A stretch of 64,000 nucleotides of DNA, taken from positions 128,001 to 192,000 of the forward strand of contig JAZAMN010000020.1 of the NCBI GenBank assembly GCA_036229005.1. The letters run 5' to 3'. The translations under genes were made by a program, and so were the position numbers. Position 1 is the first letter of the stretch, and every line of letters starts with the position of its first letter. Shown here piece after piece: positions 29,166 to 43,847 of this stretch. The stretch comes from Myxococcota bacterium (GTDB lineage Bacteria; Myxococcota_A; UBA796; CAJQPC01). The notes under the pieces were generated by a model. It was not told the DNA's origin and ran no database searches. It saw only the letters and a program-made list of their open reading frames with translations.

Positions 29166-30167
29166 ATGCGCGTCGGTATCGCCATCACCCGCGCGGCCAA
29201 CATCCAGACCGGCTGGACCAGCGCCCACATCATCCAAGGCCTGCTCCAGGCGGGCGTGAGCGTGCGGCTCATCGAGCCCTGGGACTTCGAGGTGGACCCC
29301 AAGGGCAAGCTCGTCGCCCGGGCCTTCGCCCTGGACCCGCGCGATCGCCCAATCTCCCGCGAGGAGATCTGCACCCTGCTGCAGACTCGGCGCACGCGCC
29401 GCTGCTTTGTGGAGGTGACCGACCTGGATCTCCTGCTGATCCGCATCAACCCCATGGACACCTCGGTGCTCACCTGGGCCCTGCGCGCCCAGCAGGCCGG
29501 CGTCCAGGTCATCAACCCGCCCCAGGGGCTGCTGCTGACCTCGCACAAGGGCTGGCTGGCCTCCCTGGCCGACGTGCCCCGCCCCCGGACCCTGGTGAGC
29601 CGATCCCGCGGGACCGCCCACGCCTTCGCCTCGGACATGCCCCGGGGCGTCGTGGTCAAGCCGGCGCGCGCCAGCGGGGGCAAGTCCATCCACCGGGTGC
29701 GCCGCGGCTACCCCGAGCTCCTGGATCAGGCCCTGGACGAGGTCCAGAAGGTGGGCGACCGCTACGTCGTGATCCAGGAGTACCTGCCCGAGGCCAAAGA
29801 CGGCGAGAAGCGCCTGGTCTGGCTGGATGGCCAGCTCCTGGGGGGCTACCGCCGCGAGCGGGCGCCGGGGGAGTTCCGCCACAACCTCAAGCAGGGCGCA
29901 ATCCCCCACGCCATCACCCTCCAGGAGGAGGACTACAGCATCGTCCGCGCGCTGAACCCACACCTGCTCGCGGCGGGCATCTGGCTCGCTGGGATCGACG
30001 TGATCGGCGGCAAGGTCATCGAGGTCAACACCCTCAACCCGGGGGGCCTGCACCTGGCCCAGTCCTTCGCCGATGGCCAAGACCTTGTGGCGCCCGTGGT
30101 CAGTTCGTTGTTAGGCCGGATGGGACCTCCATCTCCAGATGAGGTCGAGCAAGCTGCTGATCGCTGA
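29166..30167 (+). CDS. ATP-grasp ligase, glutathione synthetase-like
   Basis: LIRINP, VINPPQGL, VVKP, IQEYLPEAKDGEKR, EFRHNL, GIDVIGG..IEVNTLNP. Confidence 0.8.
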   Translation: MRVGIAITRAANIQTGWTSAHIIQGLLQAGVSVRLIEPWDFEVDPKGKLVARAFALDPRDRPISREEICTLLQTRRTRRCFVEVTDLDLLLIRINPMDTSVLTWALRAQQAGVQVINPPQGLLLTSHKGWLASLADVPRPRTLVSRSRGTAHAFASDMPRGVVVKPARASGGKSIHRVRRGYPELLDQALDEVQKVGDRYVVIQEYLPEAKDGEKRLVWLDGQLLGGYRRERAPGEFRHNLKQGAIPHAITLQEEDYSIVRALNPHLLAAGIWLAGIDVIGGKVIEVNTLNPGGLHLAQSFADGQDLVAPVVSSLLGRMGPPSPDEVEQAADR

Positions 30168-30192
30168 AAAACCGCTGAAACACGGAGCAGAA

Positions 30193-30651
30193 ATGAGGAC
30201 CAGCACGGGCGCCACCAAGCGCCGCCGCCGCGACGAGGACATGGCCCCGACCAGCCTCACCCGCAAGCAGGTCATGGACGCTCTCCGCAAGGGTCGCTCC
30301 CTGGTGGAGGCCGATCTCCGAGGCGCCGACCTCACCGGCCTCAACTTCGACGGCCGCGACCTCAGCTTCACCAAGCTGGCGGACGCCAACCTCTCCAACT
30401 GCACCTTCAAGGGTGCCCGCCTGGAGGGCGCCAGCATGTGGCACGCCAACCTCCAGGACGCCGTGCTGGACGAGGCCGTGCTCGACTTCGCCGACCTGGA
30501 CTGCGCCAACATCGACGGCTGCCGCTTCCGCGGCGCCCGCATCCGCAAGACCATCCTGCCCAACCCCCGGGTCAGCCTGGCTCAGGTCGAGAGCAGCATC
30601 CGCACCGGCGAGACCATCCGCCTCCCCCAGGAGGAGCTGGACTTCGAGTAG
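30193..30651 (+). CDS. Pentapeptide repeat protein
   Basis: ADLRG-ADLTG...ANLSN...ARLEG...ANLQD repeats; start could be 30241. Confidence 0.88.
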   Translation: MRTSTGATKRRRRDEDMAPTSLTRKQVMDALRKGRSLVEADLRGADLTGLNFDGRDLSFTKLADANLSNCTFKGARLEGASMWHANLQDAVLDEAVLDFADLDCANIDGCRFRGARIRKTILPNPRVSLAQVESSIRTGETIRLPQEELDFE

Positions 30652-30679
30652 GTCCCGCCCCTTGCTTCCCAACAGGATT

Positions 30680-30706
30680 GGCCCGCAAGTTCGCGGGCCT
30701 TTCTTG
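30680..30706 (+). terminator. Intrinsic terminator
   Basis: GGCCCGC-AAGTTC-GCGGGCC followed by TTTCTT. Confidence 0.65.
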
Positions 30707-30732
30707 CGTTCGGGGGGGCGGGGTGTTTTTCT

Positions 30733-30759
30733 GGAACCCCAACGCCCGTCCACGGTCAA
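30733..30759 (+). promoter_or_regulatory. ECF (sigmaE-type) promoter, probably autoregulatory
   Basis: GGAACC-N16-GTCAA directly upstream of the ECF sigma gene. Confidence 0.65.
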
Positions 30760-30786
30760 TGCACTTCGGAGGCCACGCGCCCACCC

Positions 30787-31413
30787 ATGATTGCCCTACT
30801 CCTCGCCATGGTCCACCGGCCGACGGATGCGGAGCTGGTGCAGCGCTTCAAGGAAGGTGACCGAAACGCATACTCCGAGCTTGTACGGCGCTACCAGAAC
30901 CGGGTGTTCACGCTGTGCCTGCGCTACCTGCGCGGTGACCGGGAGGTCGCCGAAGAGGTCGCCCAGGACGTGTTCATGGCCCTGTTCAAGGCGCTCGGTG
31001 AGTTCCGCGGCGACGCAAAGTTGAGCACCTGGATCTACCGGGTGACCATCAACCACTGCAAGAACCGCAGCCTCTACCGCAAGCGACGAGCGCACGGTCG
31101 CCACGAATCCATCGACGGCATTCCGGAGGATGACGACAAGCCACAACGACAGCTCGCAGACGAGAGCAGCCCTGGCTCCGACGCCAGCGTCCACCAGCGG
31201 GAGGCCAAGGCCTTCCTGCAGGAAGCACTGGACGCCATGGACGAGGAGCAGCGCCAGATCATCGTCCTGCGGGACATCGAAGACCTGAGCTACGAGGAGA
31301 TCAGCGAGCTGCTGGATCTGCCCAAGGGGACCGTCAAGTCGCGGCTCCACCGGGCCCGCGCCGAGCTGGCCAAGAAGCTCAACCGCCGCCTCTCCCTGGC
31401 CGACGTCGTCTGA
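30787..31413 (+). CDS. ECF RNA polymerase sigma factor (RpoE-like)
   Basis: ELVRRYQ, AEEVAQDVF, STWIYRVTIN, LSYEEISELLDLPKGTVKSRLHRAR. Confidence 0.95.
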   Translation: MIALLLAMVHRPTDAELVQRFKEGDRNAYSELVRRYQNRVFTLCLRYLRGDREVAEEVAQDVFMALFKALGEFRGDAKLSTWIYRVTINHCKNRSLYRKRRAHGRHESIDGIPEDDDKPQRQLADESSPGSDASVHQREAKAFLQEALDAMDEEQRQIIVLRDIEDLSYEEISELLDLPKGTVKSRLHRARAELAKKLNRRLSLADVV

Positions 31414-31422
31414 AAGAACACC

Positions 31423-32430
31423 ATGGCAAACACCGACACCCGCATTCACGACTACCTGGACGGCGAGCTCTCGCCGGCGCAGGCCTCTGCCTTCGAGGCG
31501 GAGCTGGCCCGGGATCCCGCCCTCAAGGCCCAGGTAGAAAGCCTCCAGAGTGTGGTCGAGCTCCTGCACCGCGAGGGCCCCGTCAAGGCGCCCCAGGGCT
31601 TCCACGAGCGCGTGATGGCCGAGCTCGCCACCGAGCCCATGCCCCAGGTCGGGCTCTGGGACCGCGTGCGCAGCTTCTTCCGCAGCCTGCCCATGGAGAC
31701 CGTCGCGATGGCCGTCGCGGCCGCGATCGTGCTCGTGCTGGTCGGCCGCCTGGTCCCCACCGGCGTCGAGGAGCCCGCCCCCAGCCCCATGACCACCGAG
31801 GGTGAGGCCCTCACCCAGACCGAGCGCGCCCCCGAGCAGGAGGCCGAGGCCCCCGCCTCCCCCACCGAGCCCGCGGTCGCCGACCTGGAGCCCGAGACCG
31901 AGAAGGCCGCCGAGAAGGACCCCTTCATGGAGGTCGCCAAGGTCCTGGAGCCCGGCCCCGCCGAGCAGGCCGCCGGCCGCGCCGCCCCCAGTGATGCCGT
32001 CGCCACCCTGGACCTGGAGCCCGCCGCTCCCGAGGCCGACGCCGTCCAGAAGGCCACCGGACCGGAGCTGGGCGCCAAGGAGGCCATCCCCGCCACCGAC
32101 CCGCCCCAGGTGGACATCGGCTCGCACCTCAACGCAGCCGTCGCCTACCAGGTCAAGGTCGGTGAGGCCGCCGCGCTGCGCAACATCGCCACCCTGGCCG
32201 AGCGCCACGGGGGCCGCGCCTACAACGCCACCACCGGCAAGGCGCTGCGCCCCGCCGACTTCGACAACGCCAGCGCCGTCCAGGTACAGGTGCGCATCCC
32301 CCCCGCCCAGCTCGCGGCCTTCGCCTCCGATCTCCAGCGCGTGGGCGCCGTGCAGAAGACCTCGATGAACGACGTCAACCTCTACGGCCCCGACACCATC
32401 TCGGTGAACCTGGACGTCCGGTTGCAGTAG
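31423..32430 (+). CDS. Membrane anti-sigma factor
   Basis: IHDYLDGELS anti-sigma N-terminus (no HxxxCxxC), one TM, periplasmic tail; follows the ECF gene. Confidence 0.8.
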   Translation: MANTDTRIHDYLDGELSPAQASAFEAELARDPALKAQVESLQSVVELLHREGPVKAPQGFHERVMAELATEPMPQVGLWDRVRSFFRSLPMETVAMAVAAAIVLVLVGRLVPTGVEEPAPSPMTTEGEALTQTERAPEQEAEAPASPTEPAVADLEPETEKAAEKDPFMEVAKVLEPGPAEQAAGRAAPSDAVATLDLEPAAPEADAVQKATGPELGAKEAIPATDPPQVDIGSHLNAAVAYQVKVGEAAALRNIATLAERHGGRAYNATTGKALRPADFDNASAVQVQVRIPPAQLAAFASDLQRVGAVQKTSMNDVNLYGPDTISVNLDVRLQ

Positions 32431-32478
32431 AGGAGCGGGCTGGAGGGCCCCCGGCAGGCCTCGGTTCACCTCGTCGAT

Positions 32479-32576
32479 GGGTGTCAGTTCTTCGACACCC
32501 CCTGTCAACTTCTCGGTCAGGCGAGGTGCGGCCGACCCCGACGGACTGGGCAGATCCCCTTGGCACAGCCCTTGCT
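32479..32576 (+). promoter_or_regulatory. sigma54 promoter with candidate enhancer upstream of radC
   Basis: TGGCAC-AGCCC-TTGCT at 32561-32576; palindrome GGGTGTC-N8-GACACCC at 32479-32500. Confidence 0.7.
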
Positions 32577-32608
32577 TCCCCCTGGGCAAACACCCAAGGG
32601 GGGACCCC

Positions 32609-33292
32609 ATGCACCCACAGCCTCGCGAGCACTACACCCTCAACGGCCCCAGCCAGGCCAGCGAGCTGGAGCTGCTCTCGCTGATCATCGGCACCGGCGC
32701 CAGTGGCCGCAGCACCCGCGAGATCGCGCTGCACCTGCTCCAGCGCTTTGGCAGCGCCCGGAAGATCGCGCAGCTCCCGGTGGCCGTGCTCACCCAGATC
32801 CCGGGCCTGGGGCCGGCCCGCGCCGTCCGCATCCACGCAGCCTGCGCCTTGTCCCTGCTGCCCGAGCAGCGCCCCGCCCTGAACCGCGTGCTCTCGCCGG
32901 ACGACGCCGCGCTGCTGCTGCGCCCCGCCCTCTCGGGCCGCCGCCGCGAGCACTTGGTGGCGCTCTACCTGGCCACGTCCGGCCGGCCGCTGGCCATCGA
33001 GTCCCTGAGCCAAGGCAGCGTGGATCGCACCCTGGTGGACCCGCGTGAAGTGTTCCGCCCTGCGCTCGTGCTGGGCGCTCGGAACGTGGTGCTGGGGCAC
33101 AACCACCCCAGCGGGGACCTGAACCCGTCGGCCGAGGACCTCGCCGTCACCCACCGGGTCTCGGAGCTGGGGAACAGCCTGGGGGTGTACCTGGTGGACC
33201 ACCTGATCCTGGCGGGCGGGGACTTCACCTCCCTGGCCGAGCGCGGGGTGCTCCCGGTGTGGGAGACGGCACCGCTGGGGTTCACCCGCTGA
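32609..33292 (+). CDS. radC: RadC-family JAB-domain protein
   Basis: ELELLSLII, HhH IPGLGPARA, GSVDRTLVDPREVF, HNHPSGD..PSAED, LVDHLI. Confidence 0.9.
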   Translation: MHPQPREHYTLNGPSQASELELLSLIIGTGASGRSTREIALHLLQRFGSARKIAQLPVAVLTQIPGLGPARAVRIHAACALSLLPEQRPALNRVLSPDDAALLLRPALSGRRREHLVALYLATSGRPLAIESLSQGSVDRTLVDPREVFRPALVLGARNVVLGHNHPSGDLNPSAEDLAVTHRVSELGNSLGVYLVDHLILAGGDFTSLAERGVLPVWETAPLGFTR

Positions 33293-33355
33293 TCCGTGGG
33301 CTACTTTGGACGCGGCGGGCTGTGCAAGGCCCGGCCGGTGGTTAGGTAAGGCGCG

Positions 33356-34336
33356 ATGTTTCCCTATCTCTACGCACAGCAGACCGACGGCGACCCCCTC
33401 CTCTACGGGACCTACGGCTTGATGCTGGTCCTGGCCTTCGGGCTGGCCGCGCTGGTCTCCGGCGCGCGCATGAAGAAGGTGGGCATCAACCCGGACGTGG
33501 TGGTGCCGCTGATCGTGGTCGCCATCATCAGCTCCATCTTCGGCGCCCGGCTCCTGCACTTCCTGGGCAGCCCCGGCGACCGCGAGCGCTTCCTGGCCAA
33601 CCCCCTGGTCATCTTCGACCTGAGCTCGGGCGGCATGGCCGTGATGGGCGGCGTGGCCATGGCCATCATCTGCTCGTGGATCTACCTGGCCTACATCCGC
33701 AAGGTGGACGCCTGGAAGGTGGCCGACATCGCCGGCCCCAGCATCTTCCTGGGTCAGGCCATCGGCCGCATGGGCTGCTTCTTCGCGGGCTGCTGCCACG
33801 GTCAGCACATCGAGGACGCGGTGGTCGAGTCCACTCTGGCGCACTTCGCGGGCGGCGACATCGTCAAGCTGCAAGAGGCGCCCTACGTGGCCTACGAGTA
33901 CCACCGCGCCACCGGGCCCCAGGACTTCGGCTTCCTGCCGGAGGTCCAGCAGGGCATGGGCAGCCTCTTCGACGTGCCGCTCTACCCGGCCCAGTCCTAC
34001 GAGGCGCTGGGTGCGCTGATCGGCTTCGCGCTGCTGTCCCTGGTGTGGCGCTACGCCCGCAAGTTCGACGGCCAGATCATGGGCATGTACCTGATCTTCT
34101 ACGCGGGCCTGCGCTACCTGGTCGAGGGCGTGCGCGGCGACGCGGTGCGCGGCACGGCCTACCTGACCCAGTACTTTGACGGCGGCATCTCCACCTCCCA
34201 GGTGACCTCCCTGCTCTTTGTGGCGGCGGGCATCCTGGTGATGGTCCTGGGCCTGGTGTTCAACCGGGGCGTCAAGGACGAGCAGGTCTTCGAGGAGGAG
34301 GAGTCCGACGACCTCATCGACGAGCTGGTCGGCTGA
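33356..34336 (+). CDS. lgt: Prolipoprotein diacylglyceryl transferase (divergent)
   Basis: YGLM, GARLLH, GGM..GG, AIGRMGCFFAGCC.G, PAQSYE, LRYLVEGVRGD, STSQ. Confidence 0.88.
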   Translation: MFPYLYAQQTDGDPLLYGTYGLMLVLAFGLAALVSGARMKKVGINPDVVVPLIVVAIISSIFGARLLHFLGSPGDRERFLANPLVIFDLSSGGMAVMGGVAMAIICSWIYLAYIRKVDAWKVADIAGPSIFLGQAIGRMGCFFAGCCHGQHIEDAVVESTLAHFAGGDIVKLQEAPYVAYEYHRATGPQDFGFLPEVQQGMGSLFDVPLYPAQSYEALGALIGFALLSLVWRYARKFDGQIMGMYLIFYAGLRYLVEGVRGDAVRGTAYLTQYFDGGISTSQVTSLLFVAAGILVMVLGLVFNRGVKDEQVFEEEESDDLIDELVG

Positions 34337-34363
34337 GCCCAGCGGGCCGGCTATGCTGGCCCC

Positions 34364-35296
34364 ATGCCCATGTGGATGCTCCTGAGCCTGGCGTGTAGGA
34401 CCTCGACCCCGGTGTCCGCGCCGGCCACCACCACGATGACCTCGACTGCGCCCGATGTGGTTCGATTTGTGGCGCTGGGGGACGGCGGCGAAGGCAACGC
34501 GACCCAGCGCCGGGTGGCCGAGGCGGTCCAGAAGGTGTGCCAAGAGCGCGGGTGCGACCTGGTCCTCTACCTCGGCGACAACCTGTACCCGGACGGGCCG
34601 GTGTCGGTGGACGACCCGCAGTTCCACGACAAGTTCGAGGCCCCCTACGCGGAGCTGGACCTGCCCTTCATGGTGGTGCTGGGCAACCACGACTTCGGGG
34701 AGCGGCCCTTCGACCAGGAGAAGGCGGCGCTGGAGGTCGCCTACGCGCAGACCTCGGACAAGTGGACCATGCCGGGGCGCTTCTACGACTTTGTGGCGGG
34801 GCCGGCGCAGTTCTACGCCCTGGACACCAACGAGATCATGGTCTGGGACGAGCTGAACCAGGCCGGGTGGATGGAGCGGGCGCAGCGGGGATCGGACCGG
34901 CCCTGGCAGATCGCCTTCGGCCACCACCCCTACATCTCCAACGGCAAGCACGGCAGCGCCGGCAGCTACGAGGGGCTCCCCGCCATCCCCATCGCCAACG
35001 GGGCCAAGCTCAAGGAGTTCTTGGACGCGCGGGTCTGCGGGCAGGTGGACCTGTACCTGTCCGGGCATGACCACAACCGCCAGTGGCTGGAGCCCCAATG
35101 CGGAACGCAGTTCGCGGTCTCTGGCGCCGCGGCCAAGCTCACGCCGCTGGAGCACCGGGGCGTGCCCACCGCCTTCGAGGACGACTCCAAGGCGGGATTC
35201 CTGTGGGTGGAGCTCGCAGGCGATACCCTGACGGCGGCCTTCTACGACGAGCAGGCCCAGCTTGACCACCAGACCACCCTGACCCGGAGTCCCTGA
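34364..35296 (+). CDS. Metallophosphoesterase (purple/tartrate-resistant acid phosphatase-like) lipoprotein
   Basis: GDGG, GDNLY, GNHD, GHHP, SGHDH. Confidence 0.9.
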   Translation: MPMWMLLSLACRTSTPVSAPATTTMTSTAPDVVRFVALGDGGEGNATQRRVAEAVQKVCQERGCDLVLYLGDNLYPDGPVSVDDPQFHDKFEAPYAELDLPFMVVLGNHDFGERPFDQEKAALEVAYAQTSDKWTMPGRFYDFVAGPAQFYALDTNEIMVWDELNQAGWMERAQRGSDRPWQIAFGHHPYISNGKHGSAGSYEGLPAIPIANGAKLKEFLDARVCGQVDLYLSGHDHNRQWLEPQCGTQFAVSGAAAKLTPLEHRGVPTAFEDDSKAGFLWVELAGDTLTAAFYDEQAQLDHQTTLTRSP

Positions 35297-36198
35297 GTGC
35301 GCGCAACCGTCCTGTTCGAGCTGCCCGATGGCGCCCAGGTGGAGCTGGGGCACGGAGATTTGATCGGCCGGCTGTGGTCCGCGGCGCTGCAGTTGGACGA
35401 CGCGCGGATCTCCGAGGCGCACGCGATGCTCTCGCTGCGGGGGGACAGCTTTCGGCTGCTGGCACTCCGGGGGCGCATGGCGGTGGATGGCAAGCCGGCG
35501 ACCACCGTGGAGCTGACCGAGGGCCTGCAGGTGCACCTGGCGCGGGAGCTGAGCCTGCGGGTGCTGGAGATCAGCCTGCCCACCCGCGTGTTGGGCGTCC
35601 AGGCGCCCGGCCTGCCCCTCCAGGCGCTGCACGGGGTCTGCTCCATCAAGGGCGGCCCAAGGCCGGAGCTGCTGCCCCGCTACGCCCGGGACGCCGACGC
35701 CCACATCTGGTCGGACGGCGCCCACTGGCTGCTGCAGATCGCCGGCCAGGAGCAGCGCATCGAGCTCAAGGTCGGCAGCACCTGGGAGCTGGCGGGCGTG
35801 CCCTTCTCGGCCCAGGCCATCGAGCTGTCGCAGGCCACCCCCGACGCCACGCGACAGGCCGGTCAGCTCCGGACCCCCCTGACCCTGGTCGCCAACTACG
35901 ACAGCGTGCACATCCAGCGGGAGGGAGAGGCGCCGCTGGCCCTGTCCGGACTGGCCGCCCGCATCCTCTCTGAGCTTGTGGCCTTCGACGGCCCCGTGGA
36001 CTGGCAGATCCTCGCGAACGAGGTCTGGCCGGACGAAGACGACCCCCACCTGCTGCGCCGGCGCCTGGACGTCACCCTGGCCCGCATGCGCAAGAAGCTG
36101 CGGGAGCACGGGCTGCGCAAGGACCTGGTGCGGGCCGACGGGCTGGGCCACCTGGAGCTGTTCATGTACGAGGGGGACCAGGTCGAGGACCGCACCTG

Positions 36199-36199
<1 letters not shown>
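35297..36199 (+). CDS. FHA domain plus C-terminal winged-HTH protein
   Basis: IGR...ISEAHA FHA core; C-terminal LANEVWP...LDVTLARMRKKL OmpR-type wHTH. Confidence 0.75.
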
Positions 36200-39216
<3,017 letters not shown>

Positions 39217-39228
39217 GGCGTGCCAGTC

Positions 39229-40163
39229 TCAGACCTCGATGGTCACGATCCGCTTGATCAGGAAGGCGCCCAGCGCCTGCAGGCCCAGCATCACGGCGAG
39301 CATGCCCCAGCCCAGCCCCGTGGTCCACAGCCGCGAGATCAGCTCGGAGTCCATCAGGTAGAGCACAAAGCCCAGCACGAAGGGCAGCACAACAATGATC
39401 ACGCCCTGGGAGATGCCCTGCGCGGTCAGCGTCTTGATGCGTCCCTGGACCTTGCGGCGCTCGCGGATGGTGTGCGCGATGGTGTCGAAGGTCTCCGAGA
39501 GGTTGCCGCCCGACTGCCGCAGGATGTTGATCGAGGTGACCATGATCTGCAGGTCTTCGGTGTTGATGCGCTCCTCCAGGTTGAGCAGCGCGTCTTCAAG
39601 CGGCACCCCCAGGCGCTGCTCGGACATCACCAGCGCGAACTCCTGGGAGACGGGGTCCGGCAGCTCCTCGCGCACCATGTCCATGGTCTGGATGAGCGAC
39701 AGCCCCGACTTGAGGCCGTTGGACATGAAGGTCAGGGCGTCCAGCATCTGGTCCGAGAAGGCGCTCACCCGGCGCTCCCAGAGCACCTTCATGATGAGCC
39801 GCGGGAGCTGGTAGCCAACCGCCATGAACCCGATGGACAGCACCACGCGCAGCACGTGGTAGCCGGCCTCCCAGGGCAGCCCGGCGGTCAGCAGGAGCGC
39901 AACCCCGACCCCCAGGACCATCCCCACCAGCATGCCGCCCACCACGTGGCGCGCGCGCAGCTCCATGAACATCTTGTCGGCCGTCTGGAGCATCCAGGTC
40001 ACGTAGCCGGCGGTCGTGCTCTTGAAGCGCTCGTCCAGCCACGGCCCCAGCATCCAGCCCACCGCGCCCCAAGCCAACAGCAGGGGGATCACGGCGACCA
40101 GACGCAGCACGGTCAGCAGGTCATACCAGCCAGGGAGCATGAGGAGGGACTCGGCAGACTCCA

Positions 40164-40164
<1 letters not shown>
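39229..40164 (-). CDS. tadB: Tad pilus assembly protein TadB (T2SSF family)
   Basis: FSDQMLDAL..MSNGLKSGLS, QSGGNLSETF..IAHTIRER, LTAQG. Confidence 0.88.
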
Positions 40165-42416
<2,252 letters not shown>

Positions 42417-43847
42417 TTACTGCCGGACCTCGTCCAGGTTGAACTGGTCCTTGATCTCCTGGTTGGCCTCCGAGCTCGTCTCGTGGATCTGGGGCGTCAG
42501 GAAGACCAGGAACTGGGACTTGCTCTTCTTGTACTCGCGGTTGCGGTAGAGGCTGTAGACGGCGTTGTCGACCTGCTGGGTGGGCACCCGGTTGTAGTCC
42601 ACCGAGTCCGAGACCCGCTGCAGGCCGCCGATCACGATGCTCTCGCCGCTGCGGCAGAACTCCGAGGTGCTCAGGGTCGACTTGTTCACCGCCTGGTAGC
42701 CGTTGGAGGCGACCTCACCCAGCGCGGTGACCTCGACGCCGATGTCCATGTCGACCTCGTTGCCCTGGGCGTAGGGCGTGACGTCGACCCGGATGCCGAT
42801 GTCCCGGAACTCCACACTGTTGAACAGCCCCTGGGTCACCAGGTAGGGGTACTCGCTGCCGGCGAAGATGCTGGCGCTGTCGCCGCTCTTGACCGACACG
42901 GTGGGGTTCTCCAGCACCCGCGCGTAGCCCGCGGTGCGCGCCTGCTCGATGCGGGGCAGGATGGAGGAGACGGTGGCCGTCGCGTAGCCGGAGGTCGTCC
43001 CCCAGGCGCCGTTGGCGTATTCGCGCTGGAAGAAGACGTCCGGACCATCCACCTGCAGCGGGGTCCACTCGACGCCCCAGGACTGGGTCAGGCTCTTGGC
43101 CAGCTCCACAAAGTGGACCGTGATCACCAGCGTGGGGTTGCGGCCGGGGATGCGCTCGACCTCGCGCATGTCCAGCACCGACACGACGTCCGGCGAGTAC
43201 GCCTGCCCGATCGCGATGGCGCGGTTGAGCTCCGCCTCGGAGAACACCACGCCCTCCAGCAGGATCTGGTTGTTCACCACCCGGGCCTTGACCCCGGGGC
43301 GATCGATCTCCTGCTCGATGATGCCGGCCAGCAGCTTCTGGGCGACGGGGCTCAGGGTGACCATCGACTCGACCATGGGCTCGCGCGCGGCCAGGTCCTC
43401 GATGCGCATCTTCTCCTCGTCCAGGGAGACCTCGCCCTGGATGTAGACGCGCCCGTTCATGATCTTGATGGAGATGCCCTCGATGTCCTGCAGCAGGTTC
43501 TCCACGTTCTTCATCACGCGGGAGAGGTTGCTGGGGATGACGGTCACCTCGAACTCATCACGCAGGATGCCGTCGATGTCGTAGACCAACAGGTTGGTCG
43601 ACCCTGACCGGCGGCCGGCGATCAGGATCTGGTTGCTGTCGCGCAGCGGCACGACCTTGATGATGTCCGAGCCCGTCGCCACGTTGCCGAAGCGGTAGGG
43701 CACGTCGATCGCCGACTGGGTCTGCACGACCACCAGCACGTCGTCGATGTTGTTCTCGTCGGCGTAGCCTGGGTCGGTGCGGGTCAGGACCAGGCCGGCG
43801 CCCAGCAGCGAGAGGGCCAACAGGGGCCCCATCCAGCGCTTGGACAT
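42417..43847 (-). CDS. Tad secretin RcpA/CpaC with BON-like domains
   Basis: Signal peptide, GSTNLLVY pilus-N domain, ARVLENPTV..SGDSASIFAGSEYP, GESIVIGGL, FLVFLTP. Confidence 0.85.
   Translation of the reverse strand: MSKRWMGPLLALSLLGAGLVLTRTDPGYADENNIDDVLVVVQTQSAIDVPYRFGNVATGSDIIKVVPLRDSNQILIAGRRSGSTNLLVYDIDGILRDEFEVTVIPSNLSRVMKNVENLLQDIEGISIKIMNGRVYIQGEVSLDEEKMRIEDLAAREPMVESMVTLSPVAQKLLAGIIEQEIDRPGVKARVVNNQILLEGVVFSEAELNRAIAIGQAYSPDVVSVLDMREVERIPGRNPTLVITVHFVELAKSLTQSWGVEWTPLQVDGPDVFFQREYANGAWGTTSGYATATVSSILPRIEQARTAGYARVLENPTVSVKSGDSASIFAGSEYPYLVTQGLFNSVEFRDIGIRVDVTPYAQGNEVDMDIGVEVTALGEVASNGYQAVNKSTLSTSEFCRSGESIVIGGLQRVSDSVDYNRVPTQQVDNAVYSLYRNREYKKSKSQFLVFLTPQIHETSSEANQEIKDQFNLDEVRQ

Noticed and set aside
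24952..29259. Very long opposite-strand or alternate-frame ORFs (also 2330-5665, 13851-16604, 32375-36151, 40476-43607, 46334-49027, 52599-56357)
   Set aside because: They are shadows of well-supported genes in high-GC DNA and carry no recognisable motifs.
32609..33292. radC as marker of an integrated mobile element
   Set aside because: Full-length HhH+JAB form among housekeeping genes; no integrase, att repeats or visible compositional shift.
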